A stretch of 61,647 nucleotides of DNA, counting the filler, from Choristocarpus tenellus KU-1152 (taxonomy: Eukaryota > Protista > Phaeophyceae), in assembly GCA_964200185.2 (NCBI GenBank). It is 10 parts of 10 records of this genome, joined end to end, with 100 filler letters (N's around TTAATTAATTAA, not from the genome) between each part and the next. Parts side by side here need not be neighbours in the genome. Positions count along the whole stretch, not along the records: positions 7,504 to 13,443 come from CAXNAD020009361.1; positions 13,544 to 30,862 come from CAXNAD020000688.1; 8 more parts are not named here. One strand, 5' to 3'. This document shows positions 12,540-26,850 of the stretch, piece by piece. The position numbers and the translations under genes were made by a program. The notes under the pieces were generated by a model. That model saw nothing but the letters and a program-made list of their open reading frames with translations. It ran no database searches and was not told the DNA's origin. How positions within the stretch are numbered: the stretch's first letter is position 1; each line of letters starts with the position of its first letter.

Positions 12540-14770
12540 ACATTTATTTTCAGGATGCCAGTGACTTGGACAGGGAATGAGCTCATGATGTATTCTTAAA
12601 CACTTATGCAGGTTGTCGTTTGTTCATTATAGTGAGGAGAGCACAATTTGAACATGCATCTTTCCACTCTGCTTTTTGGAGTAATTGTTATTTTTGTAGC
12701 ATTTCTGTTCGTTTGGCACATAACAACCATCTTTCCCTAATACCCCTTTCTGAACATCGAAAAAATAATGTGAGGAAACTGTACTCTGAGATGATTCGGG
12801 GGCGAAGGTTAGATGCATACCTCATTCATGTTGACAATTACTCTATATGTGTGTTTTGAGTTCAGCACTGGTACACCTACGTGGTCATGGTGTTATGAAA
12901 TAATTCTCCTGAAGAAGACAGAATCAAGAAGAACGATTGTGCAATAAGAAGAGTACAATAATCACCACAGGAGCAAGAGGAACAAGGAACAGGAGAACAA
13001 CGAAATGCTTTTTTACAAGTGATACTACCGTGAAGTATGGTCATCGTCCTGTAAGTCCTATTTGTTGGATGGATGTTCTGTCGCAGTAACTAGTGTTGTA
13101 CTTGGTGAAATATTCCATACTGAACCCGCAGCTTAGGTGCTTTGATGAAGGACAATGAACAGCTTAATGTAGATAAGCAAATTCGCTGATTATGTGGGTA
13201 AGAAATGTGTAGACTACCATGAGGGATTTGCAACATCCATATGGATAATCAGAAAAGAATACTGCAATCAGAAAATAATACTATCACTGTATCATACATA
13301 CGTTGTGCAAACTTAAACTAAGACATATGGAACGCATGTTTGTCTGTTATTACACCGTTATCGCCATATGCCATATGCCATTATACCGTGGCACCGAGTG
13401 AGGTTCCCAGTCAAGAGTCCATGATTTCTCTGACGGACTTTTCNNNNNNNNNNNNNNNNNNNNNNNNNNNNNNNNNNNNNNNNNNNNTTAATTAATTAAN
13501 NNNNNNNNNNNNNNNNNNNNNNNNNNNNNNNNNNNNNNNNNNNACCATTATCTTGATCCGTTGTTTAAGGCATGTAATAATTTGGATGTGAATAATCGTT
13601 GTGGTCGAGGAATAGTCCGGCTTCAAAAGTGGGCAACAAGGACCCCTGTAAAAGTAGCAGTTTCCTTGATGTAAAAAGAGGCCTCCAAAAACTTGTTACT
13701 ATTTGAATACTAGCTGTATCACAATGCTCCCTTACAGGTCGGTAATTACAACGTATTGTGTACAATGCTGTTACGCCTTTAAAATAGCTTAGCCCCACAA
13801 AGGTGGGCGAGAAGTCAGGCAAGCACCAGTCACAAGGTTTCACTACCTTCAACCTAACTACACATCTATCTCATGACTTCGGATCTGCATGAGACATGTA
13901 GAAGCTTGTTTGTCTGAAGAGTTTGAGGATCAATCTACCAATCCCTCAGACACATGATATTCTTCAAGCTTTCGTAAAAAACAAGACAAAAATGAGTATT
14001 AGTCCGTCTCAAATACTGTACTACTGGAAGAGAACACGCCTGGTCTCTGGAGATGAGGAAAAGCGCAGGAAGAAGTGAAATGCAAAATTTCGCGCCTGCT
14101 TCTTCTGGAGGGGCTTGATTCAAGCCGGGTATTTTTCGCCTCATCGTGCGCCAACAATTCAATCGACACAATTAGAATGCTTCTAGTCAATTAAAATTTA
14201 ACCGTAATTTCTTTCGGTTGACAATGTCAGTTTTTCCCCTCTTATATGCGTGCATTTTCGTCCAGATAGATATGCAAGGACCAGCTTTTTCTGCGCACCA
14301 TATTGATGACTTGGAAGAGCCACCATGAACCACCAACATGCACAATCACCAACATGTGTTAGCATACCGTGAAGAAAACACTGTTCAGGACAGTAGTAGT
14401 GGTGTTGGTGACTTGGGTGACCTTACCGTGATGATCTGTGTGTATGTGTATGTGTGTATGCATGTAAGAAAGGTGAGTATTTTGCATATTTGTCTCTGTC
14501 GTGTATTATGTATGGATAATAGTAGGATGTTACCCCAAACAACACATTCACAAAATACAATCGCGAGCGCGCTGGTTATCACGCGGCTGAAACGACACTA
14601 TAATAACAGGTTGTTCGAGGTAGAAAGATATAGGATATGTCCTTCGGGTTCGATATTCATCCAAGACATGTCCAGTCCAATAAGCCGAAGGCAATTTCAC
14701 CAAGAGATCAAGACAAGCAACGGATGAGATAAGAAGAGGTGGAGCTAGATCCAGGGGGTGCTTGGCCCAT

Positions 14771-17700
14771 ATGGGGACCTGGTGGTGGTGTGACATATTC
14801 ACACCCTCGTTCCTTAGGGAGGGGGTGCCGATCTTGTGTCTTCTTGCCATTTGTTTTGCTGATATGGCAAGGGCTCGATCTTCAGGTATGTATATGACTC
14901 TACGTTGGAAACCTGCATAAGAATATGGCTAAGATTGGTCCTTATTAACGAAGCTATCGTGTCGAGATTAAAACTTTCCCACCTCGTTCCTTCTTGCGGC
15001 GACCACATACACGCGCAGAATTTGCAGACTTCGTCTTCTCGGATTTCAATTCCACGCATGGGCTATCTTTTGTGGGGTCGTCGGGCACCACAACGTGTAT
15101 CAATTCCTCGGCCCTCCGTTACGGTGCCTTCCAGGGACGGGCCGACGAACAAATTGGTATGCTGGACGTTTCCGTGAGCGAGGCAGAGCATGCCGTAAAA
15201 CTGGTGTCAGTGGAGACTAGCACCATGTCCGATCAAGAAGGCACCACCAATAATAGGGCAGGCTTTGGACACAGGGAGAATGCCACCCAATCACCGGACG
15301 TCGCTGGTGAGAGGTGTCGCGTGAGGGCTCGTCTGACACCATCCCTTCCGTCCAAGACTGGGGCAATGTGGTATTCCGTGCCTGTGCCAGTTACACGGGG
15401 CTTCGAGACAATCTTCACCGTTCAGGCAATACCCAGTAGGTTTTTGTATAATCTAGTGTGTCTGCTTCCAGTTTTCCGCGTACTATGAAGGTGAAGTACC
15501 AAATATTAAGATAGCTTGTTGCCTGGCGAAAGTACTTACTTTGTTGATCGTTGCATCGATGCAAGTGGAATAGGTGAGAAGATTTCTTCACAGCATACCC
15601 CGTTCCGTCAGGAATTTTACCCTCTGAGTTGACCTCTGCCAACATATGGAAATGAGCCAAACGAATAGTGAGGTAGGCAGGTTTAGACACTTTTGCATTC
15701 TAAGAGGTATTTTTTGTCCTGTGCAATACACTCCATTTCAAAGCTTTATGTGGGCAATAGTGTATGAAAAAATTATATCCCCCCTTTCTTCACACAAAAG
15801 TGACACCACAACTAAGCAAAGAGATTTTCTGCAATTGTACAAAATGGCATATTATTGCCATTTCTTAGGATCCTTAAAGTGCAACCCTGCCTACCTTTCA
15901 GTTGGTTTGTCTCAATTCAGTAATCTCACTGCTGTCTCTCAGGTTCAATGTTCTGTGGAGCAAGATAATGGTTGCCTATTGCCATCTTGCCTTATCCACC
16001 CACTCTGTCACAACCTCCCGCATGACCCCTTCCGAAACAGATCACTGATCAAAGTCGCGTATGCACAGAGCACATGGACCCTTTCTTCAGTCGCAACATG
16101 CACACTACTTGCAGCATAAGGGGGGGAGATGGGTTGGCATTTGTCTTACATGGTGATCCTAGGGGCGATTCTGCATTGGGCATTGTTGGTGGAGAGATGG
16201 GATATGGTGGTCTGTTGAACTCCATGGCAGTGAGTGAGCATAATCTACTTGGTCCTAGGTCGGTTAGAGGAACAATTGACTAGTGCTGCCTCTGTACTCT
16301 GTAGTATATCACAAGTTTGAAGAGCAAGGATTTGTCCCTACAAGACATGCATGTTTTTTGGTCCGAAGTATCCTAGTGGGGGGGCCAGGCATCCATTTAG
16401 GGGCCTCTGTGACCCTGTAGTGATTTTCATATCATCTGAGTAAATGGGTCAGATGTAAGGGCAACTTCCTTCATCTGGATGCATCATCCTTTTCAATCCC
16501 TCTGCCTGGACCAAATCCGAAGAAAATCACCTGCAAAGCGGGCATCAAACTGGGGTATCTTACAATAATCCATCAAGGCCCCTATGGACGACCTGGGCTA
16601 AACACCCCCCACCCTCAAGAATACTATGGACATTTACCGGGATACCTACTGGGTATCTCATCGCGTGGAGGTAGAGATCATGGGAGTCATCTACCTGTGA
16701 TAAAATGAGTACAAACAAAAGATTGTTACTCCTTCTCCATCACCTTAACCGGTTTCCTTTGATCTTTGATCTCTGTTAGTATTTGTAACTACATTCTAAT
16801 AATAAAAAATAGTCTTGTTCGAAATATCAAATACACAATGTGTTGTGTATTTGATATATTCATTGCTAATATCTTCCTGTCAAATAATAGATGCGACTAA
16901 TTCTTGCACTTTGAAGGTTGAGCTGGACACCTGGTACAACCCAGACAGCAACAGTACTGATATTGTATATGACCACATTGGAGTGCACTCTGGTGGACCT
17001 GAAGCAAACAACTCTGCTAGGGAGTGGGCAGAGCTTGCACCACCCCACCAATGGGATCTGGCAGACGGGAAGCACCATATTGTCAAGGTGGGTAAGATTC
17101 CAGTTCCTGGATGAATTGTTACTGTATATCAAGTGAAAGTGTGTTAGAGGGTACGAATTTTGCCCTGCTTGTCCATTTGGGGCTTGTTTTCCACGAGTTT
17201 CTTATGACATTTTCCTCCTCCGAAATGTTTATGAGTGGTAAAGTGTGTATGTTATGAAAAGGTGTGTTTGGAACAGGGATATTGACACTTCCTAACAAAC
17301 ACAATATCCAAAATTACATCAAAATTCCAACATTGGATTTTGGCCACCAAACGGACGTGACTCTACCCTCTAAGATACTTTGATTCTGCCTACATCCTCC
17401 ACCACCAGTGTGCTATATCCTTCATTTTTTGTGTATTACAACTCCAGATTACCTTAGAATCTTTTCCACACCTCAAAATCTGTAATTTTTCGCCAAAAAC
17501 CTTACTGTTATTAGCATGAATTCCACCCAGTGATTGTGAGCAGTAGAGAAATAAGTGCAAGTGGGATGAACAGATCGATCAGTGCTAGTGTCCTGAAAAG
17601 TAATTGCAGTGGAACCTGTAACTCAGGATCAGGTGGTACTCTGGGGATCAACCTGACCATTGTGGTATAAGGCAGGTGGACTGGCCTTGATCAGGGACTT

Positions 17701-19159
17701 TAGGATAAGAAGGGAAATGTAGACTCCCTAGACCTTTTTCAAAACTTTGGAGCATACATCTCCCTAGGTTGTTGATGATAGTGTCATCTTGTGTAGGTCA
17801 GGGCTAGATTCCTTCATATACAAAGGTTTGTGATTTCTTTTTGACAGCACAAAACTACTTGTAGATTGCCGATGATTGAATGAACAAAACAATGTTGCTC
17901 TTCTCATTCCTCACTTTCCCATGCCAGGTCAAGTACTATCCTAGACTCGCCACAGAGTACTTGGCTAACTTCACGGCCACACCAGCAGTTCTCCCCTATC
18001 TGAAGGTAAGGGCACCTTTAAATTGTTCATCTACCATGTATCAATATCATCCCCTCAAACATGTAGCAACAAGTTGGAGGATGTCTTGACACAACTCCTG
18101 TTATATTCCTAAGCTGCACTGGCAAAGCTAAATCTACCTCTGGAAAAAACAAGTATATGTATCCTAAATGATGCTAAATAGTAGTGACTACATGCACTGC
18201 CGTGAGTCAATCGTGATCTCAGTCTCAGCAGTTGTTAGGATAGTTTGCTTGAGGAAGGGAGATGTGCAGTGTCAGGGGTTGTTCCTTCCGTCCATCCAGG
18301 TCTGGGTCCACCCAGATCTCTTGACCCTGATGCACTGGTTTCATATTCGAACTTGTTTTTTTTTATGTATATAAATAATACCTCCTTGTTCTTCAGACCA
18401 CAAACACCAACATGCCCTAGGTACCAAATATATGACCATCAGTACCTCACAAAGCACTTTGAAATCCTTAAAGAACAACATTTCAGATCATGATTGTGCA
18501 CACAACTTCATCCATTTCACAAAGTCCCATAAGCTGTCGTCACCATGCTTCATTTGAAAGTTCCATTAGAGAGCATTCCGATCCTCCTACCTCATGAAAC
18601 CCTGAGGGGAAGTCTTACCAATGTCAAAATTATTTTTCGGTATGTCGCCGTATTTTTCTTGAAATCATATCATTATCTTCCCCATATTGTACGACATAAT
18701 GCTGAGTACTTATTTTTTCATTTCAACCAAGTCTGACAAGAGAAGGCCATTACTGAATCACTCTGATACACCTTGCCCCTGTCAACTGACATTGCCTAAC
18801 CCCTCAAGGACAATGGTGTCAACAGGCGGCTGGGTACAATTGTGATCTGGGTGGACGATGGGGTTCAAAGTGGATCCCCTATTTTAGCAATTCCCATCAA
18901 CCTGAGTGTGCTACTGAACCTGCCCCAAGACCAGGCCTACGTTGGCTTCACTTCCAGCACAGGCAGGGCCTGGGCCAAGCATGACATTATTTCGTGGTAC
19001 TGGTGCCATAATGATGGTGGACAGGAAGAGGACAGCAGTGGCAGCAGCCAATGGGATGGCTGTGGATCAACTCCAGGCTTTTCTGAGTTCAGCTATGGGC
19101 AGACCACTAAATACTTCCCCGAATCACGGGTGACATATTTTGCGCCTACAGATACATAG
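14771..19159 (+). CDS. L-type (legume/concanavalin A-like) lectin domain protein; exons 14771-14885, 15019-15425, 16041-16229, 16917-17087, 17928-18005, 18809-19159
   Basis: Spliced product has RLTP...GAMWY, GFETIFT, GGDGLAFVL, GYGG, AVELDTWYN, DHIGV, AYVGFTSSTG, HDIISW; intron phases are compatible; N-terminal hydrophobic segment; start codon tentative. Confidence 0.88.
16360..16631. mobile_element. Diverged MITE related to family B, in a lectin intron
   Basis: Imperfect TIR GGTCCGAAGTATCCTAGTGGGGGGG / CCCCCACCCTCAAGAATACTATGGAC. Confidence 0.6.
17131..17386. mobile_element. MITE family A, in a lectin intron
   Basis: AAGTGAAAGTGTGTTAGAGGGTA ... TACCCTCTAAGATACTTTGATTC. Confidence 0.88.
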
Positions 19160-19738
19160 GAATATTATTGGGGAGATAGGAAGGAATAATTGACACACCT
19201 GCATTGGGGGGCAACAGAAGTCTTTGTCAATTTAATCAAGTGAAGAGTGTATAGTTTGAGTGGGGGCTTTGACAGAGATACAACAAAAATATTCCATACT
19301 GCTAGTACCTGAAGTTGACGGTTTTGTGCAGGGGCTCATTTCCATGTGCTGTTCAAATGACAGACAGAATTCGTTTGAAATTTGTACTGCATAACACAAG
19401 CACACACTATGTATTTTGCATGTTGAGTAGGGAAGACATTTTTTGTGGATATTATAAAATGATACTGGTATTCGATGCTGATCGTTTCGAGTGTTTTGAT
19501 AGGTAGATGCAAAGGAGAACCCAATCCAAGAAAGGAGAATTAATCCACTTGGTGGATGAACTGTTGATCATAGTAATAGTAAGATGAAAATAGCCATCCG
19601 TTCTCTTCTATAGTTCGGTAACACATTACCACAAAAAACGATGAGATGACGATCTTGTTCTCAATCTCTATATCAAGACATGACTTCTTTCCAGTCTTTT
19701 CACATTATTGTTAGCCCTTGTGTTTACATACATATACA

Positions 19739-19764
19739 CATACATACATACATACATACATACA

Positions 19765-19793
<29 letters not shown>
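19739..19793. repeat. (CATA)n microsatellite
   Basis: About 13 perfect CATA units. Confidence 0.95.
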
Positions 19794-19795
<2 letters not shown>

Positions 19796-22001
19796 GTTAC
19801 AGATTAAACCGAACACTAATTGTATTATTTACTTCTTCCCCATCAGGTACAACCAGTATGGGCTAGGCTCACTATGTTTAATGGTATAATTTTATATATA
19901 TTTATTGTTATTGTTATTATTATTATGGCAACACTTTCCATTGCCCAAGCAGTGGTAGACTAGGATGATGGTGGCGGTTGTGAGGAAGGTTATCTTCTAC
20001 ATCAAAATGGTGGTTTAGTGAACACAATCAGCCAGGAGAGGGGTGTGGGTGTTCTCCGCCATCATCAGGACAATAGCAAGAAATAACATGAGTGACACAT
20101 GTTTGACTGAGAACCCCGCCCACAAAGAGCATATAGGAGGACCTTACATTTTGATCTTGTGATGCAAGTGATTGACTCAAGATGCATGGATGTAGTGAAG
20201 GTAGCTATTAATAGATATCTGAACATTACCACAATCCATCTTTTTTCAAATGCAGTAGCCCCTTGCTGTACTCAATGAAATCTCACTCCTCTCTTAAATT
20301 GTGGTAATAACAATGTTCTACTATTATTCTTCTGACTATACCTCAACATAATCGATTCAAAAACTACACCATCAACAATCCCTTGGCTTACTGCACATAA
20401 ATGCAACAGATCAGATTCTATGGTTAAACCACTCATATATCATTGGTAGCACTGAAACCTAAAGGCAAAGGAAGCAATTTTCATTCCCCCAACTCCTTAC
20501 TTGGACTAAAAGCACTTTCCTTCTTGTCTAATCATGCATGATTCATCGTGCAAATCAACCTTGCTGATACACAATGCCTCAACTTAATAGTAAGTCCCTC
20601 CAAGGAAGAATTTGAAATACTATGGTGTCCTCGCTGCCTGCTGTAAAATACACTACAGTTGAGTTTTGATGCTACACACTTTGTACAAATGTTTTCATCA
20701 CTGGTTGTACTTTCAACTCCTGTTACATACTCATCCAACATGGTTTTACCTAACCACTCCAAAGGATACACACTCATTGACCACTACAAGCACGCATCAC
20801 TTCAACAAGTGTTTCGTCTATCTTTCGATAAAGAGACGTACCAGATGGCACAATAAATAATGTAGTACATTAATAAGAAGAGTTCTCATCTGCACTCATC
20901 TACTCAGGGTGCTTGTATGTACCACAGCTCTTTATCATCCCATCCTATGTCCACTGGAGTGTAACTACAATATGTATTTACTAACCAATGTGTTGTGGCA
21001 TCCAATGAGAACTGAGCAAAGCTCTATTTGAACATAAGCACACTAATATTGTGGTAACTAATTAGTTTTCTGGATCGATTGACAGAGACTTTACTCATGT
21101 TAACCCACAACTGGAGACCACAGGAGAACAGAAAAATGGATTGGCATCTCGATGAAGTACACATGAGTATAGATATGGGTGTGCAAACATCACATCCTTG
21201 AACCATAGTTGGTGAGCCTTGATAGTCCATCAATCAAGGTCCCATTGTTGTGCTTGAAGTGCAGGGTGGAGGTATCATCAAATGATCTTCTATTGTTTGT
21301 ATTTGTTACTGCTTCTATGTGAACAATATGCTTTCACTGCATTATCATCACCAAAGAGTCACAAGGTAGACTCACTAACCTCTTTTCCTCTGTACTCTGG
21401 AGCATTGCAGGTACAAATGACCAGGACAGTGTCTACAAGACGTAGTCCAATTTTGACATAAACAAGGGGGTTAATAGCCCCTATCTGTGATGTCCAAGGG
21501 CTGAGAACACCACCTCAAGTATCCTTCACATTCTCTACTAGGCAGTGAATGACTGCCACATTTACAATCAGGCAACAAGAAATGCTGAACTTTCCAATCA
21601 GATTTAATTACTAGCACTGTGTAAATCTAGATGGTAAGTCCCCTTGAATGTGTATGCACACAAGCAGACCAATGAGGTGAGCTGTAGTTCAACCTCAGAA
21701 TCCAGAAAGCTGAATATACTGTGTAGAAGTACCTCTGGAACTTGTGTGCTGTCCCAGAAAAGAGTCAAGACCCTATGGACTTGATGCTTACACCCTAGCA
21801 AAGGAAAGGAGTCTAACTAAATAAATACAGCAATGAACTCAATTGCACTAACTAGCACACTTGCATAAAACCGACTGAACTAAATATTTCCTTTTCCCAC
21901 CTAACAAAAAATAAGCTAAATTGAAGGGGGGGTGAGGGACTGGGAGCACAATCAAATCAGGGTACAGGGTTATACACAAAGGGCAGGGTTCTTCTCTTGA
22001 A

Positions 22002-25000
22002 TCATAAACCAAGATCAACCTTGTTGAGTTGGCGGGTCATGCCTGTGTTGGCAATATCCACGAACGCCTTTAATGCATCACGTCCTGCCTCCCATGAGGC
22101 CATCGCTACCTGCATATAGGGGCAATTGAGATGGGGAAGAGGAGGGAACAGCAGGGGGGGGGAGGTCAATATCAATAATATGTAAATGTGCATAGCAGGC
22201 AAGAGGTGAGCAAGGATCAATGGGATGAGGCAATGATAGAAGTTACAGGGTATGGGACATTCACTCACATGAGGTCACCAACCTCATCAAATGTTACATC
22301 TGAGTTCCAAAACAACACGATGTGCTACTTTTGACAAATGTTCTAGTATTGTGGAGTGAATTGTCATAAAAAAAGAAGTGCAGGCTGTCTGTCAACTGTG
22401 CCAGCCATGGGGACTGATAAATCTGAGGGCAGTGTGATTGGAAATGTGACTGTTAGACTGTGAATGGTCAGAGGTAAGGGAAGTATTAAGAGCAGGTAGG
22501 GTGAGCTGTGGGCTTCACTAATCAAGATTTTGCAAACCTGTTACAGGTAGCACACCTTCTATTGCCCTCACTAGAGGGACCTGATACTATAAGGGTGATG
22601 GGAGGGGAGAATAAATATTGCACCTGCACAATTGCCTATACCAGGAGGGAAAGAAGGGCAATAATACAAGCTCTGGAATATTACACCAGCAGGTTGGTGT
22701 ATCAATCCCATCTTGTGTTAATTAAATACTTCAAAGCACATGAATGACAAAGGATAACCCCAGCAACAAGGCAACATCACCACGAGAATTTTCCATCACG
22801 CTTTTCTTGTGCATCTACATGGTACAGCAACATGAGGGTCAACTCCCTCACATTACAAAGACTCTTGAGAGCACAACATAAACATCCCAGTCCGTCATTG
22901 TGTTGACATGGAGCATACACATCCAACCCAAGCGATTCCACACTTACGATTCTGACCCGAATGCCGCAGGTCACCATCTTTCATCTTCAACAACAAAAAA
23001 GGCAACACAAAGAAATAAAAAAAAAAATGGAAACCAAAAAAAAAAAAAAGGGACGTACATCGCCACTCTCCTTTTTTTTTTTACCTGCTATTGAGTCAAA
23101 GTAACCCAAAGAGGTGCCCAGACAGAATTGAACTTTTAAGGAAGTCAGCAAATATTTGCCAAATTTTGAATTGTTTTACAAATGCGTATAGGATAATTAG
23201 GGTTAGGGTTAGGATACTCCGAATAATACAGAAAAGATTCAAACAACACAGAAATAAACCCTATCAAGTCAAACTTAACACTTAGAAATATGGGTGAATT
23301 GTAAAAAGATTGAAAAACTGGCTTTAAATGCAAAACGTCCAAAAACTGACAACCTTTCGTTTAGTTTAACTCAAACTTTTGGTTTACATTTGACTCCTTT
23401 TTGGCAACCTTTACATGAGTTTGGCATTTGTGAACAGTCCAACCTCATCGAAAAAAGACCTAGTCACCACACCAAACAGTCCAACCACACCATTCATTCC
23501 CCCTGAAAATCTTTACCTACTCACCAAAACAAAAAAAAGCAAGGAAATTACAATCTTGCTAGACAGGTCATTGAGAAGGCGGTGTCCATTCAAGACCTTA
23601 CGCTGTACCACGCCCTTGCAAATTAAAATATTAAAATATTTCAGAAAACCTAACATTTTCTCTGCTGCCCTCTATTTGATTTGAGCTTGGAATGAGCTCA
23701 CCCTCTTCCTCTATTGCTCCACTAACAGCTCTTAGGAAAAAAACCCCGATACTATGAACAGATGAACAATTTATTTCCTCTGCAACAAATAATGACACTT
23801 GTAAGAAGCTTCCATGATAACATGGGTACTTCACAATCCTGGTGATACCAAAGAGGGCGGAGAGGAAGTGAACTATTTTGACCCCTTCGACAAGTGTCTC
23901 ACCTTCCCTTGGGTCTCCCCCCCAGACAGACTATACTCATTGCTGGCTATGCTACTGAGTGTGCTCATGGCTGCTTCCAGTGCAGCCTCCTGGTCCTGAA
24001 GGGCTGTTATCTTCTTTCTATTCGTTGGTGGTTTCATCCCCAGGAGTACAGTGTTTTTCGAAAATTGAATAGAAGGTAATGGGGGCGAGGTAATCAAAAG
24101 TGAGCGTAGATGACGGTTATCTGAGAATAATAATAATAATATTAATAAGAGAGTCAGTAACAATATTAATAATACTAAATCCTGGAGTTGTAGGTTGGAA
24201 GTATTTAAGGAGAAGGCTGGGTGGACAGTTGGTGCAGGGGTGTAAATGACGCAAAGGCAAAGAACCAAGGGCCTGGGTTATCACATCAGCTTTTGCATTG
24301 TAGAGGGCAGGTGACCCCAAGCTCTTGACTACCGTTAGGCCAACCCCTAGAGGGCTGCAGGTTATTAAAAGGTAACTAAGTTGCAATTGACACTTTACAC
24401 TCTAGACATATCAATGGGGGTCAATCATTCGTTATTTTCCGACTATTTTTCTTAAGGGTTGAGGATGTTGCACAAAATGAGTACCAGGTGTAACTATTAC
24501 AGAGAGGAAGCAAAAGCAATTGAACAGAAGATTCCACAAAACATGGATCATAGTTCACACATAGTTGTTTTTCTTTTGGTGTACCTAGAGTACCACGTTT
24601 TTAAGAAGAAATAAAAAAAGTCAGCGGCAACAACCAAGGTCTATTTTTTTTAAAAAAGGGCTAGAACATTTACACTGAAATTTCTTACCAGAACAAGAAA
24701 CAACCAAGACTTTGAAAAAAACTTCTAGCGATTCAATGGGGCCACAAGGATACAGGCAGGGCTTTCAGGAAGGAACAGGAAACACAAAGGCTGAGGCGCA
24801 CCCAGCGTACCAATGGGCATCACCACGCCAGGTGACCAACCCACACAATGAAGGATATCATCCCACTCCGTAAGAAAAATACCAAGGGTGTGGGGGGTCT
24901 ATTTATCTATCTGGTGTTCAATTGTGGGCCCATAAGACAGTTGCTGCAGCTTCTCCACCTTTCATTTCACAAGTTGAGTGGGATATCATCTTATGGTATA

Positions 25001-26850
25001 TGGGTTGGTTGTGTGGTGCATCCACACTCATGGTTGCACTGGGGGCACCTGTTAGTGTCATGCGCATCTGATGGATGTAGACAGGCCGAAAGGTATGAGT
25101 TGAAGTGTCAAGTATACACTAGAGGTACAAGCAAGCGTGACACATTATCGCTTGTGTGGAAAGGCTCCTCCAACACTTCACAAGATAGAATTCAAAAGAA
25201 ATTGCATAACGCTAGGTATGCATTAAAACTGTACACCATGCACACCATGCAGTGTGTGGTATCCACAAAAAATATCCACAAAAAAAAAAAACAATTTTCC
25301 TTCAAAGCGATGTCAAAAATGTTGTGAGGAATGGGTGTCGGATATGCAAGAATTGTATTCCCATACAGTTTTGGCAGCACAACTTCAACTTCAACAGCAA
25401 ATAATGTTATCACCCGGTGCCCTTGGAGGCGAAGGACTGTGACCAAATCACCAATGGGCTGTACAGCTCCCGCTCCATTTTGTTGGAAGTGGACTGGTAC
25501 ATGGACGGGCGCTGAGAGTCTGCCTTGGCTGTATTCACAACTTCGAAATAGGTGGATACCTGACATGTGCACAGGTAGGATAGTGCATTTAGCACTCAGT
25601 AGGCGTAGAGGGGCTATGAGACGAGTAGCGGTGGCGATACAAGCAAATTCAAGTAGATAACATTATTTTGAGGGAAAAAAAAGAAGTAGATAACATTATT
25701 TTGCCCGCAAGCACTTGAATTTGCATGATAGGATGGTGTGGTTGGGGTGGGAGGTTGTTTTCTCAGATGTGGAATAATTATTGCGATCAGCAGTAACTCG
25801 GTATAGGGTTAGGGTTGATAATATATATTACCATGTTGATGACATCAATTTATTTTTTACTTGAACAACCCTGGCACCACCACATGATCTGTCGCACCCT
25901 TGCCCAATCATCTCTTGAACATATACTGCCATTCTTTTGGGTAAATCACTGGCCAGCGCCTCCTTGAGAAAGGGAGGCGATTACACCCCTCAATGCAGAC
26001 TCGAAAACATGTCAAGGCCGAGATTTTGCCTCAATTTCCATTGCAAAGTGGAGCAGGAGTCATCATCCTTGAGCTGAGCGAATCTAAGTGAGGAATCTGG
26101 ACATGGAATAATAAATAGCACGAGTCGATTGGTGTACCTGAGCCCAATCTTCATTCTTCACAGCTTTCTTGAGATCTCCTTTAAACCACTCTGCTGCCTC
26201 CTGCACCCCACCGCCATTGGATCCATGCACGTAGAGGGGCAATGGATGGGTATGTGAGAACACGATAACTAGGCAAAGGGGAGAGATTTTTACGCCCACA
26301 TTTGCGTGCCTGCCCCCCCGTTCCTGATCCTCGCATAGAAATGCCCTCTTCTCCCACTCCAATGCGTACGGACCATCATTTATTATTTGTCCTCTACTCC
26401 GCTCTGGACACCACCCCCGATTTGGATCCAGTCCATGTCAATTTTTTGTATCTGCTGACTCGACCAGCAAAGAAATGGACTTCTCTCTTGGTCGTACCTT
26501 CTTGCACCCTTAGTTGCCTCCTTAGTCCATTATTCACACAGGGGGAATTCGGGTGAAGAATTTTCCTCAACACCTAACTCAACATGATGCTATAAATTGC
26601 ATCTTGCAACATCCTATCTTATCCTTCCTCACCAAAATCCGTGGTACGTAGCGGAAATATGACTTCTTCACGGCAGTTAGGTTGACGTCAGCTTCTGCCG
26701 GGAGTATAACAGGCAACGAGGCACCTAGTAGACCAGTAGAAATTGCCGCTACCTTCCTCAACACGGCACCCCTTGTTTCGCCATAGTCAGAATTTTCGGC
26801 TGATACACTAGTTATTGCTCGACAAGGACGCCCAGCAACCGGGGCTTTGA
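22002..26850 (-). CDS. Putative plastid (thylakoid-targeted) protein of unknown function; exons 26850-26633, 26200-26138, 25559-25414, 24354-24333, 23995-23903, 22109-22002; first exon not resolved
   Basis: Presequence-like TRGAVLRKVAAISTGLLGASLPVILPAEA, then VKKSYFRYVPRIL|EAAEWFKGDLKKAVKNEDWAQ|VSTYF...IWSQSFASKGTG|PLGVGLT|DQEAALEAAM...GK|VAMASWEAGRDALKAFVDIANTGMTRQLNKVDLGL*; GT-AG boundaries in compatible phase. Confidence 0.72.

Noticed and set aside
23197-23213. TTAGGG telomere tract (also near 25804, 55314, 56716)
   Set aside because: Only 2-3 units at interstitial positions; not a chromosome end.
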